Made by a program: the position numbers and the translations under genes. The notes beneath the pieces were generated by a model, which did not search any database, was not told the origin of the DNA, and saw only the letters and a list, made by a program, of their open reading frames with translations. A stretch of 64,000 nucleotides of DNA from an uncultured Chloroflexia bacterium (GTDB lineage Bacteria > Chloroflexota > Anaerolineae > JAAYZQ01), in assembly GCA_963700285.1 (NCBI GenBank), contig CAVOXA010000010.1, forward strand, positions 1,312,001-1,376,000. The letters run 5' to 3'. Shown piece after piece: positions 28,062 through 39,770 of the stretch (the first letter of the stretch is position 1; each line of letters begins with the position of its first letter).

Positions 28062-28204
28062 GCAGCCCAGGGTCACGTTCACCCCGGCCTGGAGCATGTC
28101 CCAGGCCGGCGCCAAAGGCTGTGGGGGAGCGGAAGCCCTGCGCCTGGGCATACTCCACGTCCACCTATACACAGAACCGGGCGGCTGTCCAGTTGCAGTC
28201 TGCC

Positions 28205-28219
28205 AGACCTGACAGGTCT
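28205..28219. repeat. Solo REP AGACCTGACAGGTCT
   Basis: Exact 15-bp palindrome copy. Confidence 0.7.
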
Positions 28220-28270
28220 CCATAGGACTGTAGATGTGAATTAACAGAGAGCAGCTTCGTTAAGTAATAC

Positions 28271-28299
28271 TTGACGCCAGGGGGTTCGCATGCTATAAT
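28271..28299 (+). promoter_or_regulatory. Sigma70-type promoter
   Basis: TTGACG-17 bp-TATAAT with extended -10 TG. Confidence 0.7.
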
Positions 28300-28379
28300 T
28301 GTCCACGCAGGTCGACCCATCCACCACCGCGCAAAAGCGACCCGCTACCCAATCCAGGCTCAGTCAAGGAGGATGCCAG

Positions 28380-29513
28380 ATGCGCATCACGCGATTCACA
28401 GCCTACCGGTTGGACGCACCCGTCGTCGAGGCGGAGGGCGCCCGGATCTCGGGAGGGCGCAGTTTCAGTGACTATACCACGACCATCGTCAAGGTCGATA
28501 CGGATGCGGGAACAGTCGGCTGGGGCGAGAGCGCGCCCTACGGTCCCCAGTACCTGCCCTACATCGCCGGCGCCATCCTGCCGGGACTGGACATCGTGGT
28601 GCCCAAGCTGCTGGGACAGAATCCCCTGGCCATCCAGGCCATCAACGAGACGATGGACCTGACGCTGTACGGCCATCCCCACGTCAAGACAGCCGTTGAC
28701 ATGGCTTGTTGGGACATCCTGGGCAAACAGGCCGGTCTGCCGCTCTACGAATTGCTGGGCGGCAAGCTGGTCCCGGCCCCCGAGGTCCAGGCTTTCATCC
28801 TGCGTACCCCCGGCGACGCACTCCTGGAAATGATCGACGGCCACCGGGCCAACGGCGTCCACCACTTTTCCAGCAAGTTCTCAGGCGACCTGGAGGTCGA
28901 CATCGAGTACCTGCGCTTCGTGGGCGCCTACATGCGCACGGGAGAATCGATCAGCCTGGACGCGAACCGGGGTTACCGCCTGGACGAGGCGCTGCGCCTG
29001 GTGCGCATGGCCGGCGAGGTGGATCTCATGCTGGAACAGCCCTGCGCCACCATTGAAGAATGCCGCGACCTGAGGCTGCGTGCTGGCGTGCCGGTCATGC
29101 TCGACGAGGAGATCAAGACGGTCCACGACCTGACCCGCGCCTACCACATGGGCGCCATGGATGCCCTGAACCTCAAGATCGGCCGCGTCGGCGGCATTAC
29201 CAAGGCCCGCCTGATCCGCGATGTCTGCGCCAGCCTGCGCATCCCCATCTACATGCAGGACACTGCCGGGACCAGCATTGTTGAAGCGGCTATCGCCCAC
29301 CTTGCCCACTCCACGCCGCCCCGGGCGCTGCTGGCCACCTGGGACGTCCAGGGCATGATGCCGCTCAAGACCGCCGAGGGACGACCCACTTATAAGGACG
29401 GCCGGATCTACGCCTCTGACGGGCCGGGTCTGGGTGTTGAGCCCTTGCTGGACGTGATTGGTGAGCCTGTCGCTGCCTGGGAATTGTCAGGATCACCTGG
29501 AGGACAGATATGA
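28380..29513 (+). CDS. Enolase-superfamily enzyme, resembling cis-3-hydroxy-L-proline dehydratase/hydroxyproline-betaine epimerase group
   Basis: SGGRS...TIVKVDTDAGTVGWGESAPYGPQYLP, KTAVDMACWDILGK, DANRG, EQPC, LDE, NLKIGRVGG; GGAGG before ATG 28380. Confidence 0.8.
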   Translation: MRITRFTAYRLDAPVVEAEGARISGGRSFSDYTTTIVKVDTDAGTVGWGESAPYGPQYLPYIAGAILPGLDIVVPKLLGQNPLAIQAINETMDLTLYGHPHVKTAVDMACWDILGKQAGLPLYELLGGKLVPAPEVQAFILRTPGDALLEMIDGHRANGVHHFSSKFSGDLEVDIEYLRFVGAYMRTGESISLDANRGYRLDEALRLVRMAGEVDLMLEQPCATIEECRDLRLRAGVPVMLDEEIKTVHDLTRAYHMGAMDALNLKIGRVGGITKARLIRDVCASLRIPIYMQDTAGTSIVEAAIAHLAHSTPPRALLATWDVQGMMPLKTAEGRPTYKDGRIYASDGPGLGVEPLLDVIGEPVAAWELSGSPGGQI

Positions 29514-30937
29514 ACACCTTGGCAACGATGCTGAGCCAGGAAGAGGTCGAGGCCGTACACGAAGCCACCCTAGAGATCCTGGAGACCACCGGCCTGCTGG
29601 TCCAGAACCGCGAGGCGCGGGATCGTTTTGCCGCGCATGGCTGCCGCGTCGACGGGAGCACGGGGATCGTCCGTTTCCCCCGGACCGTCGTCGAGGAGCA
29701 CCGCCAGGCGTTTCCCCCCACCTTTACCTTCCACGGCCGCGACCCGGACCTGGACCGTACGCTTCCGGATGACGGCCCGTTGATGATGACCGGCAGCGCC
29801 GCGCCCGACATCATCGATCCCGCCACAGGCGAGGTACGGCGCGCGACTTCGGCCGACATCGCGCGTATGGCCCACCTGGTCAACGAGCTGCCTGGCTACG
29901 ACGTCTTTTCTATTGCCACGACGGCCGACGATGCCCCGCCGGGCCGCCAGGGCTTCACGCGTTTCTATCCATCGCTCAAGCACTGCCTGAAGCCGATCCG
30001 GGCCAGCGCGCCGGCCCTGGCGGACGCGGACGATGTCCTGGAGATGTGCACCCTCATCGCCGGCAGCGAAGACACCTTCTGGGAGCGGCCCTTTGTGGTC
30101 TTTGTCTACTGCGCCACCATCTCGCCGTTGACCATGGACGTCGAATCCACGGAGCGGCTGATGCGCTTCGCCGAACGAGGCATCCCCAGCCAGAGCGTGG
30201 TCACGCCCAACGCCGGCGTGTCGGCCCCGCTGACCCTGTTGGGCACCCTGGCCGTGGCCAACGCCGAGTTTCTGGCCCAATCGGTGCTGGTGCAGATGTC
30301 TCGTCCCGGCACGCCCCTCCTCTACGATACGCTGCCGACCGTCAGTGACATGCGTACCGGGGCCTACGCGCCGGGCGCGATAGAGACGGGCATCCTCACC
30401 ATGGGCTGCGCCCAGATGGCGCGCTTTTACGGTGTGCCCTCGGCCGGCTTTGCGGGCCTGACCAACGCCAAGGTGAACGATGCCCAGGCCGGCTACGAGA
30501 CCGGGCTGTCGGCCATGGCCGCCATGCTGGGCGGCGTGGACCTGCTGGCCATGGGCGGCTTGCTCGATGCCCTGATGGCCTTTGACTTTGGCAAGGCCGT
30601 TGTGGACCACGAAGTCGCCCTGATGCTCAAGCGGGTGGCGCGGGGCCTGGAATTCAGCCCGGACAACCTGGCCCTGGACCTCATCGCCGAGGTGGGCCCC
30701 GGCGGCATCTTTGCCGACCAGCGCCACACGCTGAAACGCATGCGCACGGAGGCGGTGCTGCCCGAGATCGCCGACCGCCGTCCCCGGGACCAGTGGGCCG
30801 CCGCTGGGGGCCGGGATGCCCACAGCCGGGCCCTGGCCAGGGCCAACGAGATCCTGCGCCACGACAACCCCGCGGTGTTTTCACCCGAGGTTGATGCCGC
30901 CATCCGCAGCCGCTTCCAGCTTGACCAGGGAGCGTAG
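29510..30937 (+). CDS. MttB superfamily methyltransferase (non-pyrrolysine)
   Basis: VHEATLEILETTG, ISPL, APLTLLGTLAVANAE, DMRTG, AKVNDAQAGYE; uninterrupted ORF with no in-frame TAG. Confidence 0.92.
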   Translation: MNTLATMLSQEEVEAVHEATLEILETTGLLVQNREARDRFAAHGCRVDGSTGIVRFPRTVVEEHRQAFPPTFTFHGRDPDLDRTLPDDGPLMMTGSAAPDIIDPATGEVRRATSADIARMAHLVNELPGYDVFSIATTADDAPPGRQGFTRFYPSLKHCLKPIRASAPALADADDVLEMCTLIAGSEDTFWERPFVVFVYCATISPLTMDVESTERLMRFAERGIPSQSVVTPNAGVSAPLTLLGTLAVANAEFLAQSVLVQMSRPGTPLLYDTLPTVSDMRTGAYAPGAIETGILTMGCAQMARFYGVPSAGFAGLTNAKVNDAQAGYETGLSAMAAMLGGVDLLAMGGLLDALMAFDFGKAVVDHEVALMLKRVARGLEFSPDNLALDLIAEVGPGGIFADQRHTLKRMRTEAVLPEIADRRPRDQWAAAGGRDAHSRALARANEILRHDNPAVFSPEVDAAIRSRFQLDQGA

Positions 30938-30976
30938 GAGTAGGCTGACCATGAGCACCTCAGCATTAAGCTGTGC

Positions 30977-31005
30977 TTGACACTACGCTGGTTTTGTGGT
31001 ATCTT
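30977..31005 (+). promoter_or_regulatory. Sigma70-type promoter
   Basis: TTGACA-17 bp-TATCTT with extended -10 TG. Confidence 0.55.
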
Positions 31006-31089
31006 ACTGAAAGTCCTCAGCGGGTAGGTCAGGTCAATGGCATACCCGGGGAAACCGATACCACTGTGTAAGGAGCTTTTTGCTTCCCG

Positions 31090-32355
31090 GTGGGTGACAT
31101 GCCCGGGGCGGTCCATGTGAACCAATCAACGTTCGATGTCGAATTCCTTAGCCCTTCGTTGAAACCCTACGGAGGACGGGGAGTAATCTCAGCTTCTAGG
31201 CCAGGCGACTCTGCGTTCACGCCTGTTGGGGCTCCAAACCCCCGGCGATTGACGGCGGTGCGTCAAGGGACGTCTTTCGCGGCCAAGGCGCCTGGCGTTA
31301 TCCTCAGCCATTCCCCGGCAAGTTCAGGGCGCTACATCGGCTCACCCAGCCTAGCCCTTCTTCCCAACGGCGGCTATGTCGCATCGCACGATTTTTTTGG
31401 CCCACAGGCAAACCACACAAAAAGCGCCACCACGGCCGTCTTTGTCTCGGAGGACAGGGGGATCACGTGGCGGCAGACCGCCAGCCTCCGCCCCTCGTTT
31501 TGGGGCAAGCTCTTTGTACACCGGGACAAGCTCTATCTCCTGGGCACGAGCCACGAGTACGGGGACCTGGTCATCCGGCGATCCGAGGATGGCGGCAGGA
31601 TGTGGACAGAACCCGGCGGGCCGGCCACGGGGCTGCTGCGCCAGGGGCGCTATCACTGCGCGCCCTGCCCAACCCTCATTCACAACGGCCGTATTTGGCG
31701 TTCCATGGAAGAGTTTGGCGGGGGAGACTGGGGCAATTTCGCAACTCGGGTCATGAGCGCTCCCATCGACGCCGAGCTTCTGGCGGCCGCCAATTGGACC
31801 TTGAGCCAGGCTTTGCCCAAGCCAGAGGGGTTCTGCTGGCTCGAGGGCAGCGTGGTTTTGGGTCCGGACGGAAAGATCATCAATGTCCTGCGCACCAACG
31901 ATGCCGGCGATGACAGGGCCGCCCTCGTGCATGTGTCCGAAGACGGCCAGGCGCTGGCCTTCGACCCGGGGGCCGACCTCATCGACATGCCCGGCGCCGG
32001 CGCCAAGTTCACCATCCGCTATGACAGCCAGACTGCCCGCTACTGGTCCATCGTGAACAAGCAGACAGAGCCGGTCGCCTATCGCAACAACCTGGTCCTG
32101 GCCTCTTCCGGCGACCTGAAGAACTGGCGGGTGGAAGCGCCCCTCCTCTACCATGCGGACGTCCAGGTACACGCCTGGCAGTATGTGGACTGGCAGTTTG
32201 ATGGCGATGATATGGTCTTTGTCAGCCGTACTGCCTTTGACGACGGCCTGGGCGGCGCCCGGAGCGCCCACGATGCCAATTATCTCACGTACCACCGGAT
32301 TATCGATTTCCGGCGTTTTTCCGGCCCGGACAAGCTCCCGCCCGGGCTCCAGTGA
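31090..32355 (+). CDS. Sialidase-fold/BNR (Asp-box) glycoside hydrolase-like protein; start uncertain
   Basis: YIGSPSL, Asp boxes SEDRGITW and SEDGGRMW, WQYVDW. Confidence 0.75.
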   Translation: MGDMPGAVHVNQSTFDVEFLSPSLKPYGGRGVISASRPGDSAFTPVGAPNPRRLTAVRQGTSFAAKAPGVILSHSPASSGRYIGSPSLALLPNGGYVASHDFFGPQANHTKSATTAVFVSEDRGITWRQTASLRPSFWGKLFVHRDKLYLLGTSHEYGDLVIRRSEDGGRMWTEPGGPATGLLRQGRYHCAPCPTLIHNGRIWRSMEEFGGGDWGNFATRVMSAPIDAELLAAANWTLSQALPKPEGFCWLEGSVVLGPDGKIINVLRTNDAGDDRAALVHVSEDGQALAFDPGADLIDMPGAGAKFTIRYDSQTARYWSIVNKQTEPVAYRNNLVLASSGDLKNWRVEAPLLYHADVQVHAWQYVDWQFDGDDMVFVSRTAFDDGLGGARSAHDANYLTYHRIIDFRRFSGPDKLPPGLQ

Positions 32356-32506
32356 GACAAGCCCAGATCGCACTATCAGCCGCCAGGCTGTAGGTGCGGG
32401 AGCGGAAAGGAGGGACAAAAGAGAGCAAAGAAACACGCTTTTCGCCGAACCAATGGTTGTGGTAATTCTGAGAGCAAAACCATTCTGAAGAGAAGGAGAG
32501 GAAGAA

Positions 32507-35268
32507 ATGAGCAAGAGTATGACCTGGCGTTTTCTATGCGCTGCTGATCGTCCTGGCCGTGCTGGTCACCGCCTGCGGTGGCGCTGCCGAGCCGGCAAGA
32601 GCCCGCTGCCCCCGAGGCCGGTGAGGCCACCCAGGCCCCCGAAGCGGCCGCACCGACCGAAGAGCCCGAGGCTGAGCCTTCGGGCGAGGTGCAGGACTTT
32701 GTGACCTGGTACCAGTTCGACCAGGACAACGAGGACCCGGCCAACGACGAGGCGGTGGGCAACGCCTACCTGCGGGACACGATCCCCCAGTTCAACGAGG
32801 CCTATGACGGCAAGTGGAACTGGGTCAACGTCCCCAAGGCCTGGGACAAGATGCCAGCCGAGCTGGTGGCCGCCGTCATGGCGGGCGGCGACGTCCCCGA
32901 CCTTATGCAGGCGGCGACGCGAGACATGCTGAACCTCGTGCGCAATGGCGACCCTGCAGGACCTGACCGATTGGGCGCAGGCCCAGGACTGGTACGCCGA
33001 CATGGACCCCAACGCCCTCAAGGCCTGCCGGGTCAGGACGGCCGGCTGTACTGCATCCCCATCGCCGAGATCCCCTACGTCACCTTTGTCTGGGCCGACC
33101 TCTTCCCCAACGGCTATCCCACGACGCCCGAAGAGTTCCTGGCCGAGGCCGAGCGGCTGAAAGCCGAAGGGCATCAACATCTGGACCTACTTTGGCTCCA
33201 CCGACTTTGACGGCGACGGCGCCGATCCGCGCCACCTGGACGACCATCTCTGGCTTTGGCGGGACCTACGACGACGGCCAGGGCAACATGCTGCTCAACA
33301 CGCCGGAGAACGTCGCCGCCATCGAGTTCCTGCGCAAGGCTGGCCGTCAAGGAGTATGTGCACCGAGGTCTCCTTTGCCGGCGGCTTCCAGGAGGAAGAG
33401 GCCTTCAAGGACGCTTCGGCGGCCTCCATCCCCACCGGTCTCTTTGGCTACCGCTACATCCGGCCCCTCACGGCGCCCAACGGCAACAAGTACACCAAGG
33501 AGACCGAAGAGGACATGCTGGACGCCATCGAGGCCGGCGACGTCATCCTGGCGCCCTTTGTCGCGCCCGAGGGCAACATGCCCGGCTGCGGCCTGGCGTG
33601 TCGGCGCTGGTCATGCCCAACGGGCGCCAAGAACCTCGAGGCCGCCTACGACTATATCAACTGGCTCATGACCGACCCCGAGCAGAACGCCGACTGGGTG
33701 ATACGGGCTGGCGGCCGGCTATCCCCGCGCTCAGGACGACCTTCGAGCAGCCCGACTTCCAGACCAAGTTCTACCAGCAGGCCAAGGGCGTGGTCGGAAG
33801 CCAGCGCTTGCCGCCCATGGCTAGGGCAGCGCTGACGCGCCGGACGAGGCCAGGCCGCTGATCATGAACGCCGTCTACAAGCTGGTCAAGGAGGACCCGA
33901 CAGCCGACATCGCCACCGAACTGCAGAAGGCTCCGGACGAGTACAATGGCGGCGTGCAGCCGGCCCCGGCCCCAGAACCAACCGCGGTCGAGCCAGCGGG
34001 CGAGGTACAGGACTTTGTGACCTGGTACCAGTTCGACCAGGAGAACGAGGACCCGGCCAACGACGAGGCCGTGGGCAACGCCTACCTGCGGGATACCATG
34101 CCCCAGTTCAACGAGGCCTTTGCCGGCAAGTGGAACTGGGTCAACGTGCCCAAGGCCTGGGAACAAGATGCCTGCCGAGCTGGCGGCGGCCGTGATGGCC
34201 GGCGGCGACGTGCCCGACCTGATGCAGGGCAGCGACTCGAACATGCAGGCCCTGTACGACAACGGCGTCCTGGAAGACTTGAGCGAGTGGGCGCAGGCGC
34301 AGAGCTGGTACGCCGACATGGACCCCAACGCCCTCAAGGCCTGCACCATCGACGGCGGGCTGTACTGCCTCCCCATCGCCGAGGTGCCCTATGTCACCTT
34401 TGTCTGGAACGACCTCTTCCCCAACGGCTATCCCACGACGCCGGAGGAGTTTGAGGCCGAGGCCGAGCGGCTGAAGGCCGAAGGCATCAACATCTGGACC
34501 TACTTTGGCTCCACCGACTTTGACGGCGCCGGCGCCATCCGCGCCACCTGGACGACCATCGCCGGCTTTGGCGGCGCCTACGACGACGGCCAGGGCAACA
34601 TGAAGCTCAACACGCCGGAGAACATCGCCGCTATCGAGTTCCTGCGCAAGGCGGCCCAGGAAGGCTGGACGACCGAGGTCTCCTTTGCCGGCGGCTTCCA
34701 GGAGGAAGAGGCCTTCAAGGACGCTTCGGCGGCCTCGATTCCCACCGGGCTCTTTGGCTACCGCTACATCCGCCCCCTCAAGGCGCCCAACGGCAACGAG
34801 TATACCACCGAGACCGAAGCAGGACATGCTGGACGCCATCGAGGCCGGCGACGTCTCGCTGGCGCCCTTTATCGGCGCCAATGGCAACAAGCCGGGCTGC
34901 GGTCTGGCCGTCTCGGCACTGATCATGCCCGTGGGGGCCAAGAACCCCGAGGGCGCCTACGACTATATCAACTGGCTGATGACGGAGCCCGAGCAGAACG
35001 CCGACTGGGTCATCCGCGCTGCGGCCGGCATCCCGTCGCTGACAACGACCTTTGACCAGCCCGAGTTCGCTTCCAACTTCTACCAGCAGGCCAAGGGTGT
35101 GGTTGAGGCCAGCGCCTGCCGCCCGTGGCAGGGCTCGCTGGCGCGCACGGAAGAGGCCCGGCCTCTCATCATGAACGCCATCTACAAGCTGGTCAAGGAA
35201 GATCCAGACGGCCGACATCGCCGAGGTACTGCAACAGGCTGCCGGACGAGTACAACGCCGGCAACTAG
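32507..35268 (+). CDS. ABC transporter solute-binding lipoprotein with two tandem binding domains, frameshifted
   Basis: Lipobox-like LVTACGG, Pro/Ala/Glu linker, two highly similar domains each starting GEVQDFVTWYQFDQ(D/E)NEDPANDE (~32683 and ~33999). Confidence 0.8.
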
Positions 35269-35280
35269 GACAAGAAACCT

Positions 35281-35384
35281 GTCATTGCGAGCGAAGGCGC
35301 CTTTTGCCGGAGCGAAGCAATCCCCAACTGCTCAAGAGGAGACTGCTTCGTCGCTCGCAAACTGCGCTCGCTCCTCGCAGTGAC
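35281..35384. repeat. GTCATTGCGA-type palindromic element
   Basis: gtcattgcgagcg...gaagcaatc...gactgcttcgtc...ctcgcagtgac; second copy at 48568-48675. Confidence 0.75.
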
Positions 35385-35409
35385 AGGTACCCTACTGTAA
35401 TACACAACG

Positions 35410-35438
35410 GGGTGACGCGGCAGCTAGCCGCGTCACCC
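35410..35438 (+). terminator. Stem-loop after the binding-protein gene
   Basis: gggtgacgcgg-cagctag-ccgcgtcaccc; no clear U-tract, may be an mRNA stabiliser. Confidence 0.45.
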
Positions 35439-35563
35439 TGCCAATCATCTTAGCAGGCGCGTTGTTGAGCCTATAGAGCACCAGAGGGGAGCACCTGCCC
35501 CTGGTACGCTCAGGACGATCTGGCAACCGCCCTGCCCGTTCTTAGAAAGGCTGGGAGGCCCGC

Positions 35564-36507
35564 ATGCTCCAGGCCTGGAGACGGCGTAGAAAAGAGAGCC
35601 GCACCGACAAGTGGCTGCCCTTTTGGTTGATCGCGCCCACCATCATCGTCCTGCTCATCGTCCAGGTCTATCCCGCCATCTATACCGTTTGGCTGAGCAC
35701 CCACGACCGGACGCCGCAGGGCTGGGTGCCGGTGGGCTGGAAAACTATGAGCGGATCCTGGGCACCAGCCTCTTCCGCGAGGCGGTGGGCCACACGGTCG
35801 TCTTTCTCGTTGGCTATGTGGTCGTCACCCTGACCCTTGGCTTTTTCATCGCCTCGATCCTGAACCGCAAGCTGCTCCTGTCCGGCTTTTACCTGACCCT
35901 GCTCTTTATCCCCTGGATCCTGGCCGACATCCTGGCCGGCATCGTCTTTCGCCTGCTGGTCGCGCCCGACTATGGGGTGCTGTCGGGTATCCTGCAGAAC
36001 CCCAACATCTTTCCGCCCAAGGGTCTGTCGATCCTGACGGCGGCAAGGCCCAGTCCCTTGTTCGGCGAGTTCCCCTTTCCACCGTCGCCGGCCATGATCT
36101 ACCTCATCCTGGCCGCGGCCTGGCGCGCCCTGCCCTTTATCACCCTGCTGCTCCTGGCCTCCCTGCAGACCATCCCCAGCGAGGTGATCGAAAGCGGCCG
36201 CATCGACGGCGCCAACAGTTGGAAGATCGTCCGCCATATCACCATTCCCCTGATCCTGCCCACCCTGGTCGTGGCCCTGTTTAGCCTCATCCTGGGCGGC
36301 ATGAATGGCGTGGGCATGGTCTTTAGTCTGACCGGCGGCGGCCCGGGCACCACGACCCACGTGCTGAGCTACCACCTCTATACCCTGGGCTGGACCCGGC
36401 TCCAGTTCGGCCAGGCAGCGGCCCTGGCCCTGATGATCGCCGTCGTCAACTGGCTGCTCATCGGCGGGACGATGCGCATCACCCGCGTGGACGAAAGGAC
36501 GGCCTAG
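35564..36507 (+). CDS. Carbohydrate ABC transporter permease (MalF-like), one frameshift
   Basis: WRALPFITLLLLASLQTIP...ESGRIDGA EAA loop, LTGGGPG. Confidence 0.88.
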
Positions 36508-36508
36508 C

Positions 36509-37446
36509 ATGGCCAAACTACGTCCTCCGTCGCGCAAGACCTGGGACAGTTGGCTGACCAATGGCATCATGATCGCCATCGTTGCGGTCGTCCTGGCGCC
36601 CATCGCCTTGACTCTGATCATCTCCTTCAAAGACCAGCAGGACACCATCCGCAAGCCACCGGTGCTCTTTCCCTGCGACACCGAAACCGATGGCTTTGAT
36701 TTGGGCGCCTGCCGCTGGGCCGTGGAGGGCTATGAGCGGGTGCTGGCCCCCAAACCATCTGAGAGTCGCTGCTGGGCTTTACGCTGACGGGCAAGATGTT
36801 CCGCATCTACGTCCCCAACACGCTGCTCTACGCCTCGGTCACGGCCATCGGGGTCACGGTCCTGGCCGGCATGTCGGGCTTTGCCTTCTCCCGCTATCGC
36901 TTCCCGGGACGGGGCCTGCTGCTGGCCGCCATCCTGGCCATCACCGGCGTGCCCCTGCTGACCAATATCCTGGCCCTCTACCAGATGGGCGTCGTCCTGC
37001 GCAAGTCGCCCTTCCCCTTCAACGACCGGGTCTTTCTCATCGTCGTCTACCTGGGCTTCTTTTTGCCGTTGAGCGTCTGGATCGCCAAGGGCTTTTTCGA
37101 TACCATCCCCCGCGACCTGGAAGAAGCGGCCCTCATCGACGGCGCCTCGGCGCTGGGCGCGCTGCGCCACGTCACCATGCCCGCCGCCCTGCCTGGCCTG
37201 GCCGCCATCTTCCTGTTGACCTTTGTCAACGTCTGGAACGAGTTCCTGGCCGGCTACCTGCTCGTCTCCAAAAACGAACTCAAACCGGTCATGTTTGGCC
37301 TCTATGAATTCCTGGGGGCCAATATCATCAACCTGCAGGTCGTCGCCGCCGCCTGTGTACTGATCGCCCTGCCCATGGTCGTCGTCTTTTTGGTTGCGCG
37401 GCGATCCTTCTTCACGGCCATGGTCGAAGGCGCGGTCAAGGGCTAG
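36509..37446 (+). CDS. Carbohydrate ABC transporter permease (MalG-like), one frameshift
   Basis: FFDTIPRDLEEAALIDGAS, WNEF, GAVKG*. Confidence 0.88.
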
Positions 37447-37499
37447 AGGCGGAAGTTCGCTGTAGGGGTGGGGATGCAGTGTAGGGACGAATATGTAAT

Positions 37500-37526
37500 G
37501 TAGGGGCGGGGTCACCCCGCCCCTAC
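37500..37526. repeat. GTAG-type REP hairpin
   Basis: gtaggggcgggg-tca-ccccgcccctac. Confidence 0.65.
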
Positions 37527-37544
37527 TGACGTAGGCAGAGAACC

Positions 37545-39081
37545 ATGGAAGATGCCATCCTGGGCCTGGATATCGGGACGACTTCTACCAAGGCCGTGCT
37601 GTTCGCCGTAGATGGTGCTGAGCTGGCGACAGCGGAACGGACCTACCCGCTGCACACACCCCAGGCCGGCTGGGTGGAACAGGACCCGGAGGAGCTGTGG
37701 CAGGCGCTGATCCACGTCCTGCGGACCATAGGTTCTGAGGCGGGGCAGCAGTGGCGCATCCTGGCCCTGGCCCTGGCCGCCCAGAGCGGTTCCCTGCTCC
37801 CCGCCAATCAGGACGGGATGCCGGTCTATCCCATCATCACCTGGCTGGACGGCCGCACCGAGGCGCTGGTCAAAAGGTGGCGGGCCGCGGGAGTTCAGGA
37901 GCAGGTCCGGCCCATCAGCGGCTGGCACCTTTATCCCGGCCTGTGCCTGCCGACCATTGCCTGGCTGCGCCAGCATCGGCCAGACGTCTTTGCCGCCGCC
38001 GGGCGCTATTTCTCGGTCAACGATTATCTGGTCCACCGTCTGACGGGCCGATTCTGTACCAACCCCTCCAACGGGGGCGGCATGCAGTTGGAGGACGTCG
38101 CCACAGGCGCTTGGAGCCCGGAACTGTGCGCCCTGGCCGGCATCGAGCCGGACCGGCTCTCGCCCATTCAGCCAGCCGGCGCCATCGTGGGAAGCATCAC
38201 CCCGGAGGTGTGCCGCCTGACCGGCTTGCCATCCGAGACGGTGGTGGTCAACGGCGGGCACGACCAGGGCTGCACGGCCCTGGGCTTGGGGGTGACCTCG
38301 CCGGGCAAGATCCTATTGGGTTGCGGTACGGCCTGGGTCATTACCGGCGTGGTGGAAGCACCCGATGTAAGCGCGCTGCCCGACAGCCTGGACATGAACT
38401 TCCTGCCTACGCCGCAGCAGGCTTCACGGCGCTGGACGGTATCGCAGTCGCTGGGTGGGTTGGGCGCCTCGCTGGAGTGGCTGCTGCGCCAATGGTGGCA
38501 GGGCGCTGATGCGGGTTCAAGCGGGCAGGCCCTGCTCGAGACAGCGCGGAAGGAGGCCTACGCCGCACTGGACAGCGAGCTGACAGGCGACCCGGCCCGG
38601 AGGGGATGGCCTCTTTTTTCGGCCCTTGACCGGAGGGCACAGCGCGCCCGCCGGCGAGCAGCGGGGCGCTGTCCTGGGCCTGCGGCTGGACCACAGCCGG
38701 GCCGATGTGGCCCGTGCCCTCATGGAGGGGGCGGGCTATGAGCTGCGCTGGGCGCTGGGTGCCATCCGGCGCGCCGGGATGCCCATCCAGCAGATGTGGA
38801 TGATGGGCGGCGCGGCGCGGAGCTCGCTGTGGCCCATCATCCTGGCCGATGTCACCGGTGTGCCGCTGGCCCTGCCCCAGTACGAACACTGGCCGGCGAT
38901 GGGCGCGGCCATCCTGGCCGGCTTGGGCACCGGCGCCTTTGAGTCACTGGCCGCGGCGCAAGCGCGCTTTCAGAGACCGGCGCGCCAGGTCGAACCGGAT
39001 CCGGAAACGATGCCGATCTATGATGAATGCTTTGCCATCTATCAGCAGTTGGGTGACCACGCGGGCCTGTCGTTGAGATGA
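37545..39081 (+). CDS. FGGY family carbohydrate kinase, one frameshift
   Basis: LGLDIGTTSTKA, WVEQDP, ITWLDGR, GGHDQ, RALMEG, MGGAARS. Confidence 0.9.
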
Positions 39082-39148
39082 ACCTCGACCGGCCCATGGC
39101 GATAGGGTGATTCAATCGAATGTCAGGTGGCGAATTGAGAAAGCCCTT

Positions 39149-39769
39149 ATGAACGACGCTGCCAGCCAAGGAGCCCAGGTACTTTTCGAAACCGAGCGGC
39201 TAACGCTGCGCCGGTTTGCCGAGGATGATGCCGGCAACCTGTACGAGCTGGATAGCGATCCGGACGTCATGCGCTACCTCAGCGGGGGCGCAGCCACCCC
39301 TCTCGAGGTGATCGAGACGGACATCCTGCCCCGGTTCCTGCGCTACGATGAGCGCTTTCCCGGGTTTGGCTTCTGGGCGGCTATCGACAGGGTCAGCGGA
39401 GTCTTTCTGGGTTGGTTCAGCTTCCGGCCAAGGGACGAGGCCGGCCCCCGCGAGGTCGGGCTTGGCTTCCGACTGCGCAAGGCCGCCTGGGGCAAAGGCT
39501 ATGCCACCGAGGGTACGCGGGCGCTGATCCGCCTGGGCTTTGCCGAGCTGGGTGTGGAGCGCGTGGTCGCCACCACGTACGAGGACAACCTGGCTTCCCG
39601 CCGGGTCATGGAGAAGGCGGGCATGACCCTGACGCGCCGGTTCCGCATGACCACCGCCGACCTTGAGAACGTCGACACCTACCAGTCCGGTGCCCAAGAG
39701 CCATGGGATGGGGACGATGTTGAATACTCGCTCCTGAAGAGCAACTGGAACCAGCGAGAGAGGGAATGA
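39149..39769 (+). CDS. GNAT N-acetyltransferase, RimJ/RimL type
   Basis: FETERLTLR, WGKGYATE, NLASRRVMEKAGM. Confidence 0.9.
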   Translation: MNDAASQGAQVLFETERLTLRRFAEDDAGNLYELDSDPDVMRYLSGGAATPLEVIETDILPRFLRYDERFPGFGFWAAIDRVSGVFLGWFSFRPRDEAGPREVGLGFRLRKAAWGKGYATEGTRALIRLGFAELGVERVVATTYEDNLASRRVMEKAGMTLTRRFRMTTADLENVDTYQSGAQEPWDGDDVEYSLLKSNWNQRERE

Positions 39770-39770
39770 G

